Origin: an uncultured Planctomycetota bacterium
GTDB lineage: Bacteria; Planctomycetota; Planctomycetia; Isosphaerales; Isosphaeraceae
Assembly: GCA_963845755.1 (NCBI GenBank)
Contig: CAWJTV010000024.1
Coordinates: forward strand, 157,352-221,351
Direction: 5' to 3'
Length of the DNA: 64,000 bases
Of this stretch, positions 49,956 through 59,048 are shown one piece after another. The translations under genes were made by a program, and so were the position numbers. Each line of letters opens with the position of its first letter. The stretch's first letter is position 1. The notes beneath the pieces are model-generated. The model had not been told where the DNA came from. It saw nothing but the letters and a program-made list of their open reading frames with translations, and did not search any database.

Positions 49956-52900
49956 ATGGACAACCGCGATGCCACGAACCGTGACCTGCTCGTTGGGCTG
50001 CTCGCCCTGCAAAACGGGATGGTCAACCAGGATGTGTTGATTCTCGCCTTTCGCGCCTGGACGCGCGACAAGTCGCGTCGGATCGCCGATATCCTGGCCG
50101 CTCAGGGGGCGATCGACGTCGGCGAACGAGACTTGCTCGAGGGGCTTGCCGTCAAGCACGTGGGTCGCCACGGCGACGACCCCGAGAAGAGCCTCGCCGC
50201 ACTGAGCCCTGGCACTTCCATCCGCGCAAGCCTCGCGAAGATCGGCGATCCGGACATCGAGGCCACGTTCGGCCACGCCGCCAGCGGCTCGGGCGCGACC
50301 GAAAACGACGCTGCCGAACGAACCAGTACCTACGCCGCTGGGACTGCGACCAGTGATGCCCAGCGGTTCCGCGTCCTCCGGCCCTACGCTCAAGGCGGCC
50401 TGGGCGCGGTCTTCGTGGCGCTCGACGCCGAGCTCAACCGCGAGGTGGCGCTCAAGCAGATCCTCGAACGCCACGCGGATGACCCCAACAGCCGCACGCG
50501 TTTCGTACTCGAGGCCGAGATCACCGGCGGGTTGGAACACCCCGGAATCGTGCCGGTCTACGGTCTCGGGAACTACGGCGACGGCCGGCCGTACTATGCC
50601 ATGCGGTTCGTCCGGGGCGACAGCCTCAAGGAGACGATCGCCGCGTTCCACGCCGACGAGACTCTCAAGAACGACCCCGGCCGCCGTTCGTTGACGCTGT
50701 GGAAACTGTTGCGGCGATTTGTCAACGTCTGCAACGCGATCGACTACGCCCACACGCGGGGCGTCCTGCACCGCGACATCAAGCCGGCCAATGTGATTGT
50801 CGGCAAGCACGGTGAGACGCTGGTCGTCGATTGGGGCCTGGCCAAGCCATTGGGTAAGGCGGAGCCCCGTGCGGCACCCGACGAACGGACGCTGATGCCG
50901 AACTCGGCCAGCGGCACGGCCGAGACGCTTCCGGGCTCAGCGATGGGGACTCCGGCTTATATGAGCCCCGAGCAGGCCGCCGGTGACCTCGACCGGCTCG
51001 GACCGAGGTCGGACATCTACAGCCTTGGGGCAACGCTCTACTGCCTCCTGACGGGCAAGCCTCCGTTCGAGGGCGACGATCTCGGTGCCGTCTTGCGGGC
51101 CGTCGGCAAGGGAGACTTTCCGCCGCCTCGACAGATCGACCCGGCGATCGATCGAGCGCTGGAGGCGGTCTGCTTGAAGGCGATGGCGTTGAAACCGGAC
51201 GACCGCTATGCGACGGCCCGAGCACTGGCCGACGATGTCGAGCGTTGGGCGGCCGACGAGCCGGTGACCGCCTGGCGTGAGCCGTTCGGGCGGCGGGCGC
51301 GGCGGTGGGCGCGCCGGAATCGCACGGCGGTCACCGCGGCGGCCGCGGCCGTGTTGATGGCGATTGTCGGCCTGACGGCCGTGCTGGCGGTCCAGGCCCG
51401 GGCGAACGCCGCGCTCACGGTCGCCAACACACGCCTCGAAATCTCCAACCAGCGTGAGGTCAAGGCCAACGCCGACCTGAAGGCGGCCAACGAGCGGGAG
51501 CGAGCCCGCTTCGCGCTGGCCCAGGAGGCGATCCGGACGTTCTACACCGGCGTCAGCGAAGACCTGCTCTTGAAGCAGAAGGAGTTCGAGACGTTACGCA
51601 CCAAGCTCTTGCGTGGGGCCCGCGAGTTCTACCAGAGACTCGAAGGGTTACTCGAGGGCCACAAGGACCGGGAGTCACGCCTGGCCCTGGGTCGTGCCTA
51701 TCACGACGTCGGTGAACTGACGAATTTGATCGGCTCACGCGAGGAAGCGCTGGCGGTCCATCAGCGCGCACTTGGCCTGTTCGAGGAGGTGATGCGCGAA
51801 GCGCCTGATGATCCGGAGCCGCGATACGAGGTTGGCAGGAGTTCTGTCGTCATCGGTTCCCTGCTGTCATCGTCCGCTCGACCCGCCGAGGGACTGGCAG
51901 CCGTCGAACGTGCTCGAACGACCCTCCGATCGCTGGTAGAAGCTGGCTTGGCCGACGACAGAATCCAAAGCGAGCTCGCCAACGCCGAGCATTATTATGG
52001 ATCGATCGTGGACGGAACGGATCGCTCTCACGAGCAACTGGGAGCCTACGAACGGGCGCGGGCCATTATGGAGGCGCTGGTCGCGGCGAATCCCTCGGTC
52101 GAGCGCTTCCGAATGGAGCTTGCATCGATTTGCGATAGCCTCGGACTCAGCCTGCGCAACGCCGGCCGCAATCGGGAGGCGAGCGCCGCGTTCGACCGGG
52201 CGCGCGAACTCAGCGAGGCGCTGGTCGTGGCCAATCCGACCGACCCCAGATCCGCCCACGAGCTGGCGCGGACCCTGGGCAACTGGACGAACAACTTGCC
52301 CGACGACGGCTCGAACGCCGTGGTGACCCCGACACTCGAACGGGTTCGCAAGCTGCTCGGGACGGTGGGCGAAGCCAATCCGACGAACTTGATCTTACAA
52401 GCCGACCTCGCGTGGATCGACACCCTGATCGGAATTCGCCTGACGAGCGCCAATCGGCATGCCGAGGCGATGGAGGCATACGAACGGGCGCTGGCGGCAC
52501 GGGAACGGCTGTCGAAGCTGAACCCCACGTTGACCCGACACATCGAGCAACGGATCGGCCTCCACCGCGTGATCGGCTCGCTCCATGAAAAGCTTGGGCG
52601 ACCAACCAATGCGCGGGCATCGTACGAACGGGGCCGAGTGATCGGAGAGAAAACAGACGAATCACACGCTGCCAGCCCGGGAATCCTCGAGGAACTGGCC
52701 TACGTTTACCAAGTCTGCGGTGACTTCGCGCTCGGCACCGGCGACCTCGCGGAGGCAACGGCGAAATACGAGCGGAAGCGGGCGACTATCGCCAGGCTGA
52801 TCGAGGCTCATCCCGCCGCGCCCAGGTACCGGAGCCAACTTGCCGACGGTATTCGACGCGTAGGAACCGTGCTACAGGTTGCCGGCCGCACGGCCGACGC

Positions 52901-53231
52901 GATCGCCCATTACCGCCAATCCCTCGCCGAACTGGAACGCCTGGAGACACCAACACCGACCGACATTTACGACATGGCGTGCTGTCGTTCGTTGATCTCC
53001 GGCGAAGCTTCGGAACCCGGCTCGGGAATGACCACCGCCGAGGGCGGGGCCGAGGCCGAACGGGCCGTTGTCGGCGTGCGCCGCGCCTTCGACGCCGGCT
53101 ACTCGAATCTTTCCTGGATTCGCACAGGCGACCCCGACCTCAAGCCGATCCGGTCGCGCCGCGACTTCCAGCTCCTCATGATGGACTTGATCTTCCCGGC
53201 CCAACCATTTGCCAAGACCGACCGACCTTGA
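49956..53231 (+). CDS. Ser/Thr protein kinase with TM segment and TPR-like repeats
   Basis: 'GGLGAV', 'VALK', 'HRDIKPAN', 'DWGLAK', 'GTPAYMSPEQ'; C-terminal 'DPDL..IRSR.DFQLL'. Confidence 0.95.
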   Translation: MDNRDATNRDLLVGLLALQNGMVNQDVLILAFRAWTRDKSRRIADILAAQGAIDVGERDLLEGLAVKHVGRHGDDPEKSLAALSPGTSIRASLAKIGDPDIEATFGHAASGSGATENDAAERTSTYAAGTATSDAQRFRVLRPYAQGGLGAVFVALDAELNREVALKQILERHADDPNSRTRFVLEAEITGGLEHPGIVPVYGLGNYGDGRPYYAMRFVRGDSLKETIAAFHADETLKNDPGRRSLTLWKLLRRFVNVCNAIDYAHTRGVLHRDIKPANVIVGKHGETLVVDWGLAKPLGKAEPRAAPDERTLMPNSASGTAETLPGSAMGTPAYMSPEQAAGDLDRLGPRSDIYSLGATLYCLLTGKPPFEGDDLGAVLRAVGKGDFPPPRQIDPAIDRALEAVCLKAMALKPDDRYATARALADDVERWAADEPVTAWREPFGRRARRWARRNRTAVTAAAAAVLMAIVGLTAVLAVQARANAALTVANTRLEISNQREVKANADLKAANERERARFALAQEAIRTFYTGVSEDLLLKQKEFETLRTKLLRGAREFYQRLEGLLEGHKDRESRLALGRAYHDVGELTNLIGSREEALAVHQRALGLFEEVMREAPDDPEPRYEVGRSSVVIGSLLSSSARPAEGLAAVERARTTLRSLVEAGLADDRIQSELANAEHYYGSIVDGTDRSHEQLGAYERARAIMEALVAANPSVERFRMELASICDSLGLSLRNAGRNREASAAFDRARELSEALVVANPTDPRSAHELARTLGNWTNNLPDDGSNAVVTPTLERVRKLLGTVGEANPTNLILQADLAWIDTLIGIRLTSANRHAEAMEAYERALAARERLSKLNPTLTRHIEQRIGLHRVIGSLHEKLGRPTNARASYERGRVIGEKTDESHAASPGILEELAYVYQVCGDFALGTGDLAEATAKYERKRATIARLIEAHPAAPRYRSQLADGIRRVGTVLQVAGRTADAIAHYRQSLAELERLETPTPTDIYDMACCRSLISGEASEPGSGMTTAEGGAEAERAVVGVRRAFDAGYSNLSWIRTGDPDLKPIRSRRDFQLLMMDLIFPAQPFAKTDRP

Positions 53232-53306
53232 ACATCTTGACGTCGGGATCGTATCGGCGCGTGCGCGGTGGCATCTCCGGCGGCTTGAAGGGCCGCAGGG
53301 GCCCAG

Positions 53307-53325
53307 CCCGGGGTGAAACCCCGGG
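53307..53325. repeat. REP-like hairpin CCCGGGG-TGAAA-CCCCGGG
   Basis: Perfect 7-bp stem; shares the GGTGAAACC core with 47922-47941. Confidence 0.5.
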
Positions 53326-53508
53326 ACTCGGGCGCCCCGCACCCCGCTCATTCAGAATCCGACGGCCGTGCGGTTAATACAGCGGCATCGTTGCGGTTCT
53401 ACTTCGAGAGCGGGGCGGAGATTTCGCCGCGGGATGCGCGAAGGTTCCCATCGTGAGGGCATTCGGCGTTTACCTGCGGCGCTCGGGCGGAATCCAGGAG
53501 ATCGTGGC

Positions 53509-54951
53509 ATGAAGATCCATATTTCCGATCTATGGCGTCTCGATGGCACGATCGATCGCCGGCCCTATTTCGTCCTGGGCGTTTCGTTGAGCCTGCTCAA
53601 GATGAGCGTCGACTACGTGGTCGCGACCCGGCTATTCGGCAGGACATGGACGCCGTTCGATTATGCCGTGCCGAGCCAGGTGGCTGGCTTGTTCTCGATG
53701 TCCCTGGCGGACCGTTGGTTCTTCCGCACGATGCTCTTCGTGTCATTGCCGTTCCTCACCTGTGGCGTCGCGCTGACGGTCCGGCGCCTGAAGTCCGCCG
53801 GCCTTCCTCTCTATGCCGTCGTGCTGTTTTTCGCCCCCTTGCCGTTAAACCTGCTCTTCTATCTCCTCCTCAGCGCGCTGCCGGCTCGGCCATCGAAGGA
53901 GTTCGCGGCGCCGATCGACGACGAATGGGGGCCGATCGGGCCGCCCAAGAAGCTCGGTCCGCTCGACCGGGCGATGCCCGAGGGCCGGACGATGAGCGCC
54001 CTTGCCGCGATCCTCTTGCCGCTTCCCTTTGCGATGTTGTTCACGGTCTTGAGCGTGAGCGTCTTGCGGAATTACGGCTGGGGCCTCTTCGTCGGGCTCC
54101 CGTTCGCCCTGCCCATGATCTCGGTGATCCTCTACGGATACCGCAAGCCCCGCCGCTTCGGGGAGTGTCTGGGACTCGGGATGACCTGGTTGGGAGTCGC
54201 CTACGGCCTGTTACTCCTCTGGGCTTACGAAGGGATCATCTGCCTGGTCATGGCCCTGCCCTTGGCGATTCCGGTCGTGCTCCTGGGATCGGCCGTCGGT
54301 TACCTGATCCAGGCGCGTCCCCTGGAATCGGCCGAGGCATCCCGGGTTGTGGTGATCCTGATCGCGAGCTTGCCGGCGATGATCGGGGCCGAATCGGCGA
54401 CCCATCCCGACGCGCCCCTGTTCGAAGTGAGCACCGCCGTGGAAGTCGACGCACCGGCGGAGCGGGTCTGGGAGCACGTTATCCGCTTCGATCCGCTGCC
54501 GGCTCCCCGCGATTGGGTCTTCCGCACGGGACTGGCGTACCCGCTGCGGGCGGAAATCCAGGGTCACGGCGTCGGGGCCGTGCGGCGCTGCGAGTTCTCC
54601 ACCGGCCCCTTCATCGAGCCGATCGAGGTCTGGGACGAGCCGCGGCTGCTCCGCTTCGCGGTCACGAGCAACCCGCCGCCGATGCGAGAGTGGAACCCAT
54701 TCGCCGAGATCCATCCCCCGCACCTCGACCACGCCCTCGTCGCGCATCGGGGCGAGTTCCGCCTGACCAGAATGTCCGGAGGCCGGACCCTGTTGGAAGG
54801 GACCACCTGGTATCGAAATCACATGTGGCCGTCCGCCTACTGGCGGCTCTGGTCCGATCCGATCATCCACCGGATTCATCGGACGGTGCTCGAGCACATC
54901 CGGCGTTCCGCCGAGGCCGCATCCCGACCGACCTTCCCAGGTCGGGAATGA
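53509..54951 (+). CDS. Membrane protein: DUF805-like N-terminus + C-terminal SRPBCC domain
   Basis: GGAG RBS; many TM helices; 'EGIICLVMA.P'; 'VDAPAERVWEHV', 'GVGAVRRCEFSTG.F.EPI'. Confidence 0.85.
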   Translation: MKIHISDLWRLDGTIDRRPYFVLGVSLSLLKMSVDYVVATRLFGRTWTPFDYAVPSQVAGLFSMSLADRWFFRTMLFVSLPFLTCGVALTVRRLKSAGLPLYAVVLFFAPLPLNLLFYLLLSALPARPSKEFAAPIDDEWGPIGPPKKLGPLDRAMPEGRTMSALAAILLPLPFAMLFTVLSVSVLRNYGWGLFVGLPFALPMISVILYGYRKPRRFGECLGLGMTWLGVAYGLLLLWAYEGIICLVMALPLAIPVVLLGSAVGYLIQARPLESAEASRVVVILIASLPAMIGAESATHPDAPLFEVSTAVEVDAPAERVWEHVIRFDPLPAPRDWVFRTGLAYPLRAEIQGHGVGAVRRCEFSTGPFIEPIEVWDEPRLLRFAVTSNPPPMREWNPFAEIHPPHLDHALVAHRGEFRLTRMSGGRTLLEGTTWYRNHMWPSAYWRLWSDPIIHRIHRTVLEHIRRSAEAASRPTFPGRE

Positions 54952-55053
54952 TGGTCGAGGTGACCTCCGAGAGCGGCTCCGGGGTGGTTCGATCGACACC
55001 ACGCTCTCCCGGGAATTCTTTTATGATAACATCAATACGTCTAGTGATCATGA

Positions 55054-55150
55054 ATGGCGGTCCCGGCCGACTGGAAGGCGTTTCTCGACTTCGCCGACGG
55101 CCATATCCGCGCCCCGGGGGCGCAATCGCCGTGAGACTCACCTGGTCCAC
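55054..55150 (+). repeat. 97-bp direct repeat, copy B (orphan CE15 3' end)
   Basis: Encodes 'MAVPADWKAFLDFAD.H.RAPGA.SP*' like 49471-49551. Confidence 0.9.
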
Positions 55151-55470
55151 GCCTTGCTCCTGAATACGCCGATGCAAGTGCGACGCCCTCCTGCTTGTCG
55201 AGGGTCTCATCAAAGGGAGGCCAAGTTCCCTTCTCGCTTGTTCCAAACCCTCAGCGACCTCTTCCTGCAATCGTGAGGAGATCACGGAATTTCCCGGCCG
55301 CGTAAATCCGCGTATCGTGGAATCTGTGGAACCGCGCCCGACTGCATGGAGCAATGTCGCACCGCGGCGGAGTCCGTCCTACTGCCCGCCGCCTTGATGA
55401 TTCTTCGGGCTTCGCGCCCAGGACCGGCGTTCGGTCTGACGATCGCCACAGGATTCAGGGGGCCCCGACC

Positions 55471-55698
55471 ATGGCCATCACACTCCGGACAGTTTCACCT
55501 GGTCACTCGGTCAACGCCACCGGCCGGGCCCTCCCGATGACCGACGAGGAGATTCGCGCACGGGCTGCGGAGATCGCCAGGGGCCTGGACGCTCTCGACG
55601 ATATGGGCGACGAAGAGGAGCAACGGCAGACCCTGGACGCGCTGATGGAGGCCATCGATGAGGAGCCCTTGTCCGCCCGCAAGCGGTTCCGACCATGA
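55471..55698 (+). CDS. Putative antitoxin of a PIN toxin
   Basis: Acidic 75-aa protein 'EEQRQTLDALMEAIDEEPLSARKRF'; ATGA overlap with the PIN gene; paralog at 57502-57729. Confidence 0.75.
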   Translation: MAITLRTVSPGHSVNATGRALPMTDEEIRARAAEIARGLDALDDMGDEEEQRQTLDALMEAIDEEPLSARKRFRP

Positions 55699-56014
55699 GG
55701 CTCGTGTTCCTCGACTCCGGCCCCTCGGCCTTCTGACTAACCCGCGAGGAAGATCGAAACCCGACCGGTGCCGTCAGTGGGTGAAAGATCTGGCAGCGGC
55801 TGGGGTCCGGGTCTTCGTCCCGGAGATCGCCGACTATGAGGTACGGAGGAAGCTGATCCACATCCGGGCAACGGCGGGCGTCCGGCGTCTCGACCAGGTC
55901 AAGGCCACGCTCGACTACGCGCCCCTTACGACCGACGCCATGCTGCTGGCAGCCGACCTGTGGGCGGCGGCGGACGGCGAAGTGCCCGGGAAACCATCCC
56001 GCCCTGACCGATGA
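55695..56014 (+). pseudogene. PIN domain toxin, frameshifted (~55722) and C-terminally truncated
   Basis: 'MRLVFLDSGP(L)GLLTNP...VPEIADYEVRR.L...AMLLAADLWA'; the distal acidic motif is absent. Confidence 0.8.
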
Positions 56015-56122
56015 CACGTCGAGTCCCATCCCTCATCATCGTTACGTTGTGTCGCGAGTTCTGTTACACTGAATTCCGTCGTTGCGTTGCCCGCAGAGCA
56101 GAATCCCGTGGGAGGGCTTCCT

Positions 56123-56394
56123 ATGGTCGAGAAGGCCAAACCTCGTACGAATCGGGGGGCGCGCAGGCGTCCTTGAACCGGGAACAAGCCGTCTATGAGG
56201 CGAACCTATCCCGGTGGCTCTCAGATCATGAGGGGGAATACGTCCTGATCAAGGGCGACCAGGTCCACGGGTTTTACGGGTCCCGAGACGAAGCCCTCAC
56301 CGCAGGGTACGCGCGATTCGGGATCGGGCCGCTCTTCGTGAAGCAGGTCTCGCCCTCCGAGCCGGTCTACCATATCCCCAACGCGGTCATCTGA
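56123..56394 (+). CDS. DUF5678-like small protein (start uncertain; ATG 56123 requires one more G in the run at 56154-56159)
   Basis: 'LSRWLSDHEGEYVLIKG...EALTAGYARFG.GPLFVKQV'; GGGAGG RBS before 56123. Confidence 0.7.
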
Positions 56395-56840
56395 TGCCAC
56401 TCAGCCGCGTCCCGATCGGAGTCGATGGGCCCGTGATCGACCTGGGAATCTGGATGGCTCGAGCGATGGCCCATGCGTCGATCGCGCGAGGGTTGGTGGT
56501 CCCGCCTCCCCAGACCATCCGCGCACTCATCGACACCGGAGCGGACCGAACTGCGATCCATCCCAATGCCTTGGCCCTGATCGCCTCGCCTCCTTCGGGG
56601 ACGATCCGGATCCGCCGACCGGGTCCCAGCGCCGCCGCGCGACGGGTTGACCTCCACGATGTGCGTCTCGCGTTCGGCGGGGCCCTGGTTTCGCCGACGA
56701 GAGGTCCCTGGATCGAGCTCGAATCGGCCGCCGTCGTTCCCGCCGACCCCGGCGTCTTGGCGCTGATCGGCCGCGACATGCTCGCGCACTGCCAGTTCGT
56801 GTACGACGGACTGAAAGGTGAGTTGCTGCTGGTCTGTTGA
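56394..56840 (+). CDS. Retropepsin-like (clan AA) aspartic protease
   Basis: 'ALIDTGA', 'LIGRDML', 'FVYDG'; TGATG overlap; paralog of 11850-12296. Confidence 0.85.
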   Translation: MPLSRVPIGVDGPVIDLGIWMARAMAHASIARGLVVPPPQTIRALIDTGADRTAIHPNALALIASPPSGTIRIRRPGPSAAARRVDLHDVRLAFGGALVSPTRGPWIELESAAVVPADPGVLALIGRDMLAHCQFVYDGLKGELLLVC

Positions 56841-56986
56841 CGCGAGTGGCCCCGACTCCCAGACGGGATCACACGGCTTCCCGTTCCCTGCGACGAAGGC
56901 CAGACCTCATCGACAGACCCAGTTGCGGCGCGGGAAGGGCCTCACGGATTATAACACCAGTGACCTCTTGATCCGGAGAGCGACAC

Positions 56987-57166
56987 GTGGACGAAATCAA
57001 TTGGGACGATCTCGACGAGGAATTCAAGAGATGCCACCCGCATTGATGAAGGTCTGGGACCGTTACAGGGATCAGATGCACCGCCGCGGCTTTGAGGCGG
57101 TCGATGTCTTGCAAGAACTCGCCCTGAGGGTATTCAATAAACGCGATCAATTTCGCGGCACGACAC
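56987..57166 (+). pseudogene. 5' remnant of an ECF sigma-factor-like gene cut by the MITE
   Basis: 'AVDVLQELALRVF...DQFRGTT' resembles sigma70 region 2; ends at the MITE boundary. Confidence 0.5.
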
Positions 57167-57461
57167 GGCCTTCCTGTAGCAGGTGGACCAAAAACAACGC
57201 TAAGGGCGTCCGTTCCGAATCGGGTCGTTTTCGGGACGCTCTCGAAAACAGCCCGAATCTTGCGGGAAAAGCCTCCAAACCCATCCCGTTTCCCATCCCG
57301 AAATCAAAGCCTCGAAACTGAGCGAGAGCTGTGAGTTTCGGGACGAAGGCCCGGCCGTGGCCGATCCCGCCAAAACACTGAGAAAACCGCTGGTTCCGAA
57401 CAACCTGGAAGGTAGCGGGGCGGCTTAGCGTTGCTTTCTGTCCGTTTACTACGGGATGGCC
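57167..57461. mobile_element. 295-bp non-autonomous element (MITE) with 38-bp Tn3-like terminal inverted repeats
   Basis: IRL GGCCTTCCTGTAGCAGGTGGACCAAAAACAACGCTAAG and IRR (rc) GGCCATCCCGTAGTAAACGGACAGAAAGCAACGCTAAG, 29/38 identical. Confidence 0.75.
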
Positions 57462-57505
57462 GTCAACAGTCCCAGGGTTCCTGTGTCGAGGATGATCAGC
57501 CTCAT
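57462..57505 (-). pseudogene. N-terminal stub of a PIN toxin cut by the MITE
   Basis: 'MRLIILDTGTLGLLT' matches the 55695 toxin start. Confidence 0.75.
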
Positions 57506-57729
57506 GAGCCGAACCGCGGCCGGTCGGACAGCCGGTCTTCATCGACGACGCGCATGAGATAGTCGAGGGTCTCGCGCTGCTCGACATCGTCGCCGATTCT
57601 CTCGATGGCGTCGAGTGCCACCAGGGCGAGTGCGTTCTGCCGACGGATCTCTTCGTCGGTGAGCTGGACGGCCCTGCCGCGATCATCGAACGATCGCAGG
57701 GAGGCCGCCGTCGAGGGGACCGTGGCCAT
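57502..57729 (-). CDS. Putative antitoxin of a PIN toxin (paralog of 55471-55698)
   Basis: 'GRAVQLTDEEIR...EQRETLDYLMRVVDEDRLSDRPRF'. Confidence 0.75.
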   Translation of the reverse strand: MATVPSTAASLRSFDDRGRAVQLTDEEIRRQNALALVALDAIERIGDDVEQRETLDYLMRVVDEDRLSDRPRFGS

Positions 57730-57888
57730 GCTGGTTTCCACCGTTTGGACGGGGCACCGAATGTCTGTCGACCCGATTCGCCTTTCTCAAGAATATTCGA
57801 AGGAGGATCGGCCGACAGTCGCCCGCGCCACCAACTCGACGGTAGCCATCAGGTCGTTCCGCCCAGCCGATTCTATCGGGAATTCCAT

Positions 57889-57970
57889 GCGAAGGCGTTG
57901 GGGGGGTCGCTAGAGATCGTCGCCCGGTACCCGGACTGGTCCTCGGTGCGGCTCAACCCATTCAAGGCCC
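57889..57970 (+). pseudogene. C-terminal remnant of an XRE-type antitoxin
   Basis: 'ALGGSLEIVARYPD..SVRLN.F' resembles the 'ALGG.LEIVARFPD' tail of XRE antitoxins. Confidence 0.45.
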
Positions 57971-58046
57971 CGGCCCAGGTCTTGACTGTTTTCATTCTGA
58001 AAACGATACTGTGGCTATCCTTGCCCGATGGGCTCCGGGGGTTGCC

Positions 58047-58337
58047 GTGCACATCATCTCGAAGAAGCGCCTGGTGTCGGCAGGAGAGAAACACCCGGAC
58101 GCCCTTCCGTCGCTGATGCGCTGGTACCGTGTGGCCAAGAAAGCTAGGTGGAATGACATCCACGAGACACGAGCCGACTTCCCGCATGCCGACCCCGTGG
58201 ACAAGTTCACTGTCTTCAACATCAAGAAGAACGATTACCGGCTCATCACGGTGATTCACTATGACCGGTTCAAGATCTATATCCGTGCCGTTCTGACTCA
58301 TGGCGAGTACGATCAAGACAAATGGAAGGATGACTGA
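58047..58337 (+). CDS. higB: HigB family toxin (mRNA interferase)
   Basis: 'MHIISKKRL', 'FPHAD.V..FTVFNIKKNDYRLI', 'VLTHGEYD..KWK'. Confidence 0.92.
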   Translation: MHIISKKRLVSAGEKHPDALPSLMRWYRVAKKARWNDIHETRADFPHADPVDKFTVFNIKKNDYRLITVIHYDRFKIYIRAVLTHGEYDQDKWKDD

Positions 58338-58359
58338 GGTTCCAGCAAAGGGTGATGCG

Positions 58360-58875
58360 ATGGCGACGAAGACCAAGACTACGAGCAAGACCAAGCCGAA
58401 AGGCCAGGAACGCGACTCCAATAGCTGTGGCAAACCTGCGACGAAACCCCGGCGCACGAAGTCCACCGCCTCGGGTGAAGCCGATCCGGCTTATCTCACC
58501 TTGATCCGGCGATACCCGTTGCGGCCGATCCGCACTGAGGCCGAACTGGATGCCGCCGCCGCGATCATCGACGAGCTGACCGGCTTGGACGACCTGTCTT
58601 CCACCGAGAGCGATTACCTCGACGTGCTGGGCGACCTCGTGGAGAAGTACGAGGACGAGCACGTGGAGATGCCCCACGTGAGCGATGCCGAGATGCTGCG
58701 GTCCCTCATGGACGAAAAGGGGGTCAGCCAGGCCGACGTGGTGCGCGGCACAGGGATCAGCAAGACCGTCCTCTCGCTCGTCCTGCACGGCAAACGGGAC
58801 CTGACCCGGGAACACATCGAGGTGCTCGCGAGGTACTTCGGAGTGAACCCGGCCGCGTTCCTGGGTCCGGCCTGA
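58360..58875 (+). CDS. higA: HigA family HTH antitoxin
   Basis: 'PLRPIRTEAELD', 'LVEKYEDEH', 'VSQADV....ISKTVLS.VLHGKRDLT.EHI..LA.YF'. Confidence 0.92.
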   Translation: MATKTKTTSKTKPKGQERDSNSCGKPATKPRRTKSTASGEADPAYLTLIRRYPLRPIRTEAELDAAAAIIDELTGLDDLSSTESDYLDVLGDLVEKYEDEHVEMPHVSDAEMLRSLMDEKGVSQADVVRGTGISKTVLSLVLHGKRDLTREHIEVLARYFGVNPAAFLGPA

Positions 58876-58945
58876 CGGACCCACCGGCCAGCCCGCCCGG
58901 CATTCATCAAGGCCACGCTCGACGACACGCCCCTGACGGCCGATG

Positions 58946-59044
58946 TCACGTGGGGGCATCGAAGACGCTAACACTACTGGTCTCGAAGAGGACGGCGCGA
59001 TTCCCGTGGCCGACATCCAGGATCGACAGCTCTGCCAAGGCCAT
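58946..59044 (-). pseudogene. N-terminal stub of a ComEC/Rec2-type metallo-beta-lactamase-fold hydrolase
   Basis: AGGAGG RBS, 'MALAELSILDVGHGNRAVL......VFDAP*'; abuts a PIN-gene fragment (58905-58945, similar to 55900-55940). Confidence 0.65.
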
Positions 59045-59048
59045 CCTC

